From a virus: 64,000 nucleotides of DNA. Every line of letters starts with the position of its first letter. The stretch's first letter is position 1. The DNA lies in IMG/VR virus record IMGVR_UViG_3300025435_000016, positions 12,416-76,415 of that record; one strand, 5' to 3'. The notes under the pieces are model-generated. The model was not told where the DNA came from. It searched no databases and worked only from the letters and a program-made list of their open reading frames with translations. Made by a program: the position numbers and the translations under genes. Below, piece by piece: positions 57,016 to 64,000 of the stretch.

Positions 57016-58236
57016 ATGCCTACACAAGCAATTAATCAAAGCATTTATCTGCCTAAAGATCCTGTCGTCTCGACAGATATCGTGAGTAAGCATTATGCAG
57101 ATAGTAAGCTTAGTAGGGGTAATTTTTGCCGTATTGTGGAAACAACGTTACCCGCACCTTCTTTAATATCTGGTGGTACAGCAAAATTGCAGTTTAATAC
57201 AACATATAATTTAAGTGATTATGGACGTGTAAATATAACTCTTGACGGAAGGAATACAAATGTTGGTACAATTACTGTTGTTTTTAAATCTTCAAGCGGG
57301 TTAATTCAATCTATTAGCTATACAGCACCGGGTAATGCATCTGGTGTCAGTGCAGGGCAAGGAAAGGATGCAACTTCAATATCATGGGTAGAAAACACGG
57401 TCTTATATTCATATAGTTCTTTTGGATATAATACACCAACTACACTAGTTCAGTCTGTAGCCTTACCGTTTGTTGGTGTACCAGGGACACAATTTACAAT
57501 ATACTATTCAAACGGATTACCGGGCAGTACAAATACAAATATTACAGGATATACATATACTAGTTCTTATGATAGCCCGGGTAATTCCAAACTCTCAGGT
57601 TATTTAGGGCTTTTAGATAGTACATATATTAACAAGGGACAGAATTATCAACCGAATTTCTGGTGGTCACAAAAAAATCCTTTTGGTGCACCGGATATTA
57701 ATGCTCCTGTTACAAGTCTTTTTCGTCAGTTTAATAATGTAGAGTATATTTCTACTATTACCGGTAACGAGGGATTTGCGACACTCAATCCTGGTAATAC
57801 ATCAGGTAATTTTGCTACTGTTTCCTTAGACCCGGGGACATATCAAATTACTGCAGGTGGTACATTACTCCAAGCTAGTACTCATTGCGTGGGATTAGTT
57901 GAGGTCACTAACGGCGTTACACCAAAAATAATCGCCACAGGTACTATCTGTAATAGTAATAATACAAGTCTTGGTAACTCAAATACATCAACAGTAACGA
58001 CAAGGTGGACAACTACTGGTTATAATACCACAAATGCATCAATCGGACTATTACACGCATTTACTGCTCATAGTGCTAATATCGGTACTGCAAAAGCACC
58101 GGAATATAATTATGCAAGTTTAGGTCGACCCTTACAAGCAACACCAGTGACAAATACCTTACAATATCCATCTTGGATCAGTGAGTATTTACCTTATGTA
58201 ACTACAGCGTGGATGGACATAGAAAAGATATCCTAA
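57016..58236 (+). CDS. Fibre-tip-like protein, paralog 1 of 3
   Basis: TATAAATA at 57001; shares motifs with the next two genes. Confidence 0.6.
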   Translation: MPTQAINQSIYLPKDPVVSTDIVSKHYADSKLSRGNFCRIVETTLPAPSLISGGTAKLQFNTTYNLSDYGRVNITLDGRNTNVGTITVVFKSSSGLIQSISYTAPGNASGVSAGQGKDATSISWVENTVLYSYSSFGYNTPTTLVQSVALPFVGVPGTQFTIYYSNGLPGSTNTNITGYTYTSSYDSPGNSKLSGYLGLLDSTYINKGQNYQPNFWWSQKNPFGAPDINAPVTSLFRQFNNVEYISTITGNEGFATLNPGNTSGNFATVSLDPGTYQITAGGTLLQASTHCVGLVEVTNGVTPKIIATGTICNSNNTSLGNSNTSTVTTRWTTTGYNTTNASIGLLHAFTAHSANIGTAKAPEYNYASLGRPLQATPVTNTLQYPSWISEYLPYVTTAWMDIEKIS

Positions 58237-58240
58237 TAAT

Positions 58241-59545
58241 ATGAATTTTACTTCGCAAACCAACAAATATACTCAGTTAGGTACCCAGCCTGTATCGGGT
58301 AGTTTTTACCTATCTACAAGTCCTGTCAATGACTACGACGCTGTTAATAAGTCATATACTGATAAAATTGCTTCAAATAGACAACTCTTTTATAGATTTA
58401 CCGAGCAGTATTCAACATCTACTGATTTATCTCTCGCTAATACATCATATAATTCTACCTCACCTATTACACCATTTATAACAACTAATCCTGTTAGCGG
58501 TCACCCTGCTGTTCTTTGGAGACAGTTAAATACAACGGAATATAACCCGACACCTTCACAGGTAATTTTAAAAAACGTATCAGGTTATACACAGGCTCCG
58601 TTTATTGTATTACCTGCTGGTACGTATGATATCGAGGCAGCGGCCTCTATTGAGGATATAAATTCTACTGCCAATGGCAGTACACATATACTTTCACTTA
58701 TTAGCTCTACATTAATAGATAGCTATATTACAGAAACTCTGACATCTATAAATCAATCAAGTTGGGTCGTACCATCTGACGTTACAGCAGTCAGCGCCTT
58801 TATTGTTGGCGGCGGAGGAAACGGCGGTAATTCATTAGGAGCCGGTGGGGGCGGGGGTGGTATTTCAAGAGTCATATATTCTATACCATCAAATGCATCA
58901 TCTGTGTCCTATACTGTTGGTGGCCCGGGTCAAAAAAGTGTATTCGGTGATACAACCGCTTATGGTGGTTCGAAAGGATTAAGTGCTAGTTCAACATATA
59001 CGCGTGGTGGTAGTGGCACTCTGTTTATCGGTGGTTCTGGTGGAGGAGCTAGTTTATCTGGTTATGCCGGGTATCTTTATAATGGTGTTTATTATTCTGC
59101 GGGCGGAGCGGGTTCTAACGTTACAACCGGTACAGCAGTTAATGAAGGTGGCGGTACCGGTGGTACAGCAAAAATAGCTGCTACTAACGCGAGTACGTAC
59201 GGATCGGGCGGAGGCGGTGGTGGTAGTTTGAAAAATGCAACTAACGGCGGGAGCGGTCGACAAGGTGTAATTATAATAACCTACCCGGTAGTATCATCTT
59301 CTTCTTTCAAAACACTTGCTACAGGAAATCTTTGTTGGACAGGCGACTCATCTACCTCACGCGTATCTGGTAGATTTAAATTCTCTACCACTACGGGTAT
59401 TGCATTAGTACAGTCGCAATCTACATATTATAAAGATAATAACGTAAATAGTGTTTCAATAGGAGCAACACAATTTGTTTCTAATACAACAAATCCATTA
59501 TCTCAAGTTAATACGGCTTGGATAAACATACAAAAAATCTGTTAA
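58241..59545 (+). CDS. Fibre-tip-like protein, paralog 2, with an inserted Gly-rich domain
   Basis: DAVNKSYTD...RFTE...LPAGTYDI...AWINIQKI. Confidence 0.6.
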   Translation: MNFTSQTNKYTQLGTQPVSGSFYLSTSPVNDYDAVNKSYTDKIASNRQLFYRFTEQYSTSTDLSLANTSYNSTSPITPFITTNPVSGHPAVLWRQLNTTEYNPTPSQVILKNVSGYTQAPFIVLPAGTYDIEAAASIEDINSTANGSTHILSLISSTLIDSYITETLTSINQSSWVVPSDVTAVSAFIVGGGGNGGNSLGAGGGGGGISRVIYSIPSNASSVSYTVGGPGQKSVFGDTTAYGGSKGLSASSTYTRGGSGTLFIGGSGGGASLSGYAGYLYNGVYYSAGGAGSNVTTGTAVNEGGGTGGTAKIAATNASTYGSGGGGGGSLKNATNGGSGRQGVIIITYPVVSSSSFKTLATGNLCWTGDSSTSRVSGRFKFSTTTGIALVQSQSTYYKDNNVNSVSIGATQFVSNTTNPLSQVNTAWINIQKIC

Positions 59546-59550
59546 TTATT

Positions 59551-61482
59551 ATGACTACACAATTACACGAACCAGATGTTTATCTGCCACTTCTCCCTGT
59601 GAGTCAAACAGATGCGGCTAATAAATTCTACGTCGATAATATTGGAGATACATATGGTACAAATTTCTTTCGTGTAACTGAAAGCTATAGTTCATCGTCT
59701 ACTGTAGGCAGTCTTGTACTATCAAGTGCATATGTAACAAATGGTTATAATCCTGTAGCCCCATTTCAGTCAACATGGCAAACAACGCCGAATAACGTTT
59801 TAAGAAAATTTAATACAGTCAATTTCTCTTCAACGCCGTTCGCTTCATTATGCGCAATACCGGCGAGTTTTTCATATATTCAACTACAGCCTGGTATATA
59901 CCATATTACGGCTGAAGCATCATTACAAAACGCTGAATCCCATTGCACGTCATTATTAGCGTTTCAAGGGGCACCAGGTTATGTTACAGAAGTTTTTACA
60001 ACACCACAGGGCTCAACACCATGGCAAGTACCAGCTGCTGTTTCTGCAATCAATGTTCTCGTTGTTGGCGGAGGCGGTGGTGGTGGCAATTCAACAGAAA
60101 AATACACTGGAGCTGGCGGAGGCGGTGGAGGTGTTACGTATGTGTCTAATGTATCTGTTGTACCAGGTCAACTTCATAGTATTACTGTCGGTACCGGTGG
60201 TGGTCCAGGTACAGACGGTACGGCATCGTTTTTTGATAGCTACTACGCACTAGGTGGCTACGGGGGGACGGATGCAACGCAAAACGGAGCAGGACGAGGT
60301 GGGTACTCAGGTGGTACAACATTTGGTACCGGTAATTCTGTTACCTATAATGCAGGTTTATCAGGTGGTATTGCTGTAGGTAATTATGGCGGAGCTGGAG
60401 GTGGTGTAAGTTATCCTGCCCCACGTGGATCTACACCAGGTGTTTATCCTATACCCACTCTTACAGCTGGTGGTGGATTCTATTCATCTGATTTACAGAA
60501 TATTGTTGCCGGTGGCGGTGGATCAGCTCCAGAGCCTGTACCTGATAGTATAATTAATTACGGTTTTGGTGGTAATGGTGGTTTATTCCAAGCCAATGGT
60601 AGTAGCGGTGGTGATGGTGCTGTTGTTATAACCTATAAACAAAGTATCTACAATAATACTAAATCAATACCTTTTTCTTCCTATACAAGTGATATGTTCG
60701 CAAGTCTTCTTTATAGTTGCGCTAATTGGGACGGTAACCCCGGTGGGGGGGCGTATAATAAATTGTCAGCTTTAGGGAAATTTGGTAAACCATATGGAAA
60801 TTTTGGCGGTCAATTAACATATCTACCTGGCTGGTACCGGGTATATTATAAAAACGGTGCTTATAGAAGTGGTGGTGCAACATCTTACTACGGGTGCAAT
60901 CTAGTATATTCTGACGGTGCAAGTGATATTTATATAGGTGGCGGTCTTGTGGGAACCTATGCACAAGCTGAAGCTGCAGGTAAAGATTTTAACGGAACTG
61001 GTATTCCTTGGTATACAGATATCTATCATAAAGGTGGTGCTATAGGTATCTATCTTGTCGATGGTCAATATGATAACAATAGTTACGATTACACAAACGG
61101 TACACCTGTTTGGGGACTTCAACGTCTGGCAGGCAGCTATCCGCAAAACTTTTCCGTTGTAACCTGTGGTACACTTGCGTATTCGACATCAGCCTGGAAC
61201 AGTCGTGATGGTAGCAGTACGTCTTATCTCACGGCAAGATTAAATCTCGATACTACAACTAACATTGCTTTAATGCACGCTTATAGCGGAGGTGTAAAAA
61301 CAAGACTCGGTGGTCTACCTTACGATTATGAAGGGATAGCACCCGGTGATTGGGTAAATCAATATCAACCTAAATTCACTACTGCTGAGATGAGGATCTG
61401 GCAAATAGGAACAGCTTCAGATGTGACACAGGTATCGGATGGCGTCGGTGATGATAGAACAGGTACAGATCTTAACGTATAA
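59551..61482 (+). CDS. Fibre-tip-like protein, paralog 3, with Gly-rich and additional inserted domains
   Basis: Likely ATG at 59551; DAANKFYVD...RVTE...LQPGIYHI...TTAEMRIWQI. Confidence 0.6.
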   Translation: MTTQLHEPDVYLPLLPVSQTDAANKFYVDNIGDTYGTNFFRVTESYSSSSTVGSLVLSSAYVTNGYNPVAPFQSTWQTTPNNVLRKFNTVNFSSTPFASLCAIPASFSYIQLQPGIYHITAEASLQNAESHCTSLLAFQGAPGYVTEVFTTPQGSTPWQVPAAVSAINVLVVGGGGGGGNSTEKYTGAGGGGGGVTYVSNVSVVPGQLHSITVGTGGGPGTDGTASFFDSYYALGGYGGTDATQNGAGRGGYSGGTTFGTGNSVTYNAGLSGGIAVGNYGGAGGGVSYPAPRGSTPGVYPIPTLTAGGGFYSSDLQNIVAGGGGSAPEPVPDSIINYGFGGNGGLFQANGSSGGDGAVVITYKQSIYNNTKSIPFSSYTSDMFASLLYSCANWDGNPGGGAYNKLSALGKFGKPYGNFGGQLTYLPGWYRVYYKNGAYRSGGATSYYGCNLVYSDGASDIYIGGGLVGTYAQAEAAGKDFNGTGIPWYTDIYHKGGAIGIYLVDGQYDNNSYDYTNGTPVWGLQRLAGSYPQNFSVVTCGTLAYSTSAWNSRDGSSTSYLTARLNLDTTTNIALMHAYSGGVKTRLGGLPYDYEGIAPGDWVNQYQPKFTTAEMRIWQIGTASDVTQVSDGVGDDRTGTDLNV

Positions 61483-61529
61483 TTTTTTTAGTTGCACCTC
61501 TCTTTCTAGCATATACTATTATAGAAATT

Positions 61530-62162
61530 ATGGGAATGTTCGATTATGTATTTTGTGAGCGTAAGCTCCCACTAACTAAACAAATTAAAAAAGCCTTTCC
61601 TAACAAGGATTGGACAAAAGCAGACTTTCAATCAAAGTCTTTAGATAATACAATGTCTGCTTATTATATTAAGAAGAATGGTTACCTCTATACTGAAAAA
61701 GTAGAAGGAGAGCATGTTCGTACAATGACTGAAGCTGAGGAAAAGAAGATTAAGAAGCAAGGTAAATTTTGCTGGCCTTATGAGTTTGTAGAGTCAAGTC
61801 GTACTTCTGTAAAAGAAGAGATTACAGATACTATTAACTTCTACGATTATAGTGAAGATGACGAAGGTAATACCTGGGACATTGAATTTGATGCTGTATT
61901 TGTAAAAGGTAAGCTTAAGTCTTTAGAGCTTGTAAAGGCAGAGATTATAACAACAGCAGAAGTAAATGCAGCTAATGAAAAAGCTTGGCAAGATCGACTC
62001 AAGGCTCATGAAAATCATCCTTGGACTAAGACTAAGAAAATTCTTAATAAGATTACTTTTAGATACTGGTCTACAGTTTGGCAGAATATTTCCAAGATTC
62101 TTGGAACATGGTCTAAAACTTTAAGTAGTGCCCAAATGTGGGTACTTAGAAACATGTATTAA
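61530..62162 (+). CDS. Conserved phage hypothetical protein
   Basis: MGMFDY...FQSKSLD...W.IEF.A.F..G motif. Confidence 0.65.
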   Translation: MGMFDYVFCERKLPLTKQIKKAFPNKDWTKADFQSKSLDNTMSAYYIKKNGYLYTEKVEGEHVRTMTEAEEKKIKKQGKFCWPYEFVESSRTSVKEEITDTINFYDYSEDDEGNTWDIEFDAVFVKGKLKSLELVKAEIITTAEVNAANEKAWQDRLKAHENHPWTKTKKILNKITFRYWSTVWQNISKILGTWSKTLSSAQMWVLRNMY

Positions 62163-62245
62163 TATGAATAGAGACTTTGTACCGCTAGCAACTTGGTTGA
62201 CTGTAATTATTCTCGGTGGATTGATGTGGTATGGTTTGATTAGAG

Positions 62246-63097
62246 CTATTCTTTGTTTTTTCCATTGACCTGTCCTAAGCCTGTATATTTTAAATATTTT
62301 TCATATTTTCTCTTTAAGCAGAGTTCGGGATCAGAATCTGTATAAATTAACTTAAGAAATTTAATAGCTTTATTTGTAGTTATATTTGTATTGTATATAG
62401 AGCATATAGGTCTAATTTTATTAGGTATTATATTGTTTCGTTTTAAAAAATCAGTAAATGCCGTTACTGTATTTAAATGCCCGCAAATACCAACGTAAAT
62501 TCGTCTCTTTGTTTTATTGCAAACTATAGTACCGTCTCCATCAAATACGCCGCGCCAAAAGTGTTTTTCTAAATTAATGGCAAGTTTCGGTAATGTAATA
62601 TTATATGTTTTTCTTTCACCTAATCCAAGATCTTTTAAATTCATTACCATTGTATCAGTTGAATACAAAGACAATGTTGATACCTGACTACCTTGTTTTG
62701 ATAAAAAACCACCCTTTACAATACGGTCTTTTATTTGATTGTTACCATCAATACGTTTGAGAAACGTTTCGAGTATATGTCTATCGCGTGTTTGTAATCC
62801 AATAATAATATCTTCTTTATGTATACATCCATCAGCCAATAGTAAACCTAAAAAATAGGCTTTGGCTTCTGTATCAATTATATTAAAAAAATTATGATTA
62901 AATGTATATTGACGTGCAGCCTCACTTAATGTTCTTACCTTCAAACCAGCTCTACGCACGTTAATACGTACAGTAGTTGGATTAACATTATATATTTTTG
63001 CAAGAATTTCAGCACTCTCGCCATTGATATATCTATCAACCATTTCTATTTTTTTATCATGAGAAAGAACAATGCGTTTTCTATTTAATTTCTTCAT
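62246..63097 (-). CDS. Free-standing LAGLIDADG homing endonuclease with an N-terminal HTH
   Basis: AYFLGLLLADG and FWRGVFDGDG motifs, L.RKY end; ATG 5 nt after TAAATA. Confidence 0.88.
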   Translation of the reverse strand: MKKLNRKRIVLSHDKKIEMVDRYINGESAEILAKIYNVNPTTVRINVRRAGLKVRTLSEAARQYTFNHNFFNIIDTEAKAYFLGLLLADGCIHKEDIIIGLQTRDRHILETFLKRIDGNNQIKDRIVKGGFLSKQGSQVSTLSLYSTDTMVMNLKDLGLGERKTYNITLPKLAINLEKHFWRGVFDGDGTIVCNKTKRRIYVGICGHLNTVTAFTDFLKRNNIIPNKIRPICSIYNTNITTNKAIKFLKLIYTDSDPELCLKRKYEKYLKYTGLGQVNGKNKE

Positions 63098-63157
63098 ATA
63101 TTTATTTATATAAATCATGCTTGACTTTCATACTACACCGCTTTAATATATTTATAT

Positions 63158-64000
63158 ATGGCGCAGAAAATTATAGCTATTGGAGATGTTCATAACCGCT
63201 TTGTGTACGCTCAAACTATCATTGACAAGTATATTAATACACATAAGATTATTATGGTCGGTGATTATTGGGATAATTTTGGAGATACAGCTATTGATGC
63301 AGATCAAACTGCTAGATGGGTTAAGCAATGCTTAGCTAATCCGAACATTATTATGCTAATGGGTAACCATGACATTAATTACGATTACAGAAATGCTCGT
63401 AATAGTGGTCAGGTTTATCATTGCTCTGGATATTCACCTGCTAAGGACGATGCCATTAACAGGATTATGACCAATGAGGATTGGGATAAGATTAAAATGG
63501 CTCACTTTGAGAATGGTTTTTGGTTTTCTCATGCTGGATTCCATCCTTTCTGGTTTGGTAATCCTGTAACTGGGATGACTAATGAGTCTATTATAAAAAA
63601 GCTTGATATGATTAGACAGGATATTAAGGACAGAACTTATAGTAATGAGCTCTGTGGTGCTGGTCGATGCAGAGGAGGCAGTCATCGAGTAGGTGGTCTT
63701 CTCTGGAGAGATCAGAACCAAGAGTCATATACTGGTGAGTACTGGAATGATCAGTCTGGTATTAAACAAGTCTGTGGTCATACTCCAATGCGCAAGGGTA
63801 TTGATATAGAGGAGACTCGAAATAAGGGACTCTGTATTGATATTGATTGTGGTCTTCAACAAGTTCTTGAAATCCTAGAAGATGGTACATATAATATTAT
63901 TGATACAGGAGTAGAGAACTTTTACCAAGAATCAGAAAGAAAGTTCCAAGAGGAGCAAAAAGCATTAAAAAAGAAACAGTATGCTTCTCTTGGAGCTTAT
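63158..64000 (+). CDS. Calcineurin-like metallophosphoesterase, 3'-truncated; absent from the ORF track
   Basis: IGDVH, GDYWD, GNHD, HAG, GHTP motifs; promoter TTGACT-17-TAATAT at 63121-63149. Confidence 0.88.
   Translation, partial: MAQKIIAIGDVHNRFVYAQTIIDKYINTHKIIMVGDYWDNFGDTAIDADQTARWVKQCLANPNIIMLMGNHDINYDYRNARNSGQVYHCSGYSPAKDDAINRIMTNEDWDKIKMAHFENGFWFSHAGFHPFWFGNPVTGMTNESIIKKLDMIRQDIKDRTYSNELCGAGRCRGGSHRVGGLLWRDQNQESYTGEYWNDQSGIKQVCGHTPMRKGIDIEETRNKGLCIDIDCGLQQVLEILEDGTYNIIDTGVENFYQESERKFQEEQKALKKKQYASLGAY

Noticed and set aside
63434-63721. 95-aa minus-strand ORF
   Set aside because: Antisense to the metallophosphoesterase that runs off the window end.
1-64000. CRISPR array, retron or diversity-generating retroelement
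   Set aside because: No repeat-spacer array, no reverse transcriptase and no adenine-specific template/variable repeat pair seen; the tandem repeats found are in-frame coding repeats.
1-64000. Alternative genetic code
   Set aside because: Conserved genes are full length in the standard code, TAA, TAG and TGA all end genes, and there is no suppressor tRNA.

Overview
A 64 kb slice of a large AT-rich tailed-phage genome with T4-like late promoters (TAAATA), read in the standard genetic code. The host is probably a Verrucomicrobiota-like bacterium, inferred only from the bS21 sequence. Positions 1-6.8 kb and 35-61.5 kb hold plus-strand virion appendage/fibre genes (Gly/Asn/Ser/Thr-rich repeats, lectin/LamG-like, tail-collar and Gly-rich domains). 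Positions 6.9-35 kb are a mostly minus-strand accessory region: glycosyltransferase, sulfotransferase, Hc1-like histone, two deaminases, nrdA/nrdB, DksA/TraR finger, bS21, Hsp20, DUF932-like protein, HAD enzymes, 2OG-Fe(II) oxygenase, HiPIP-like protein, RadA-like ATPase, two HNH-type endonucleases and 9 tRNAs. A LAGLIDADG endonuclease and a metallophosphoesterase close the window. The most unusual part is a 1.5 kb RNA-only locus (23.7-25.25 kb, minus strand). It contains a tmRNA split in its T-loop by a 206-nt group I intron and encoding a 35-aa tag, a ~125-nt structured RNA, two tRNAs and a ~420-480-nt ornate ROOL-like RNA. The two large RNAs are each preceded by the same 15-nt boxA-like leader. 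Other notable signals are 5'-3' end complementarity around hsp20, apparently leaderless (often GTG) late genes, non-canonical tRNAs and a structured element between face-to-face promoters upstream of an HNH gene. All family calls come from motif recognition by eye, not from database searches.
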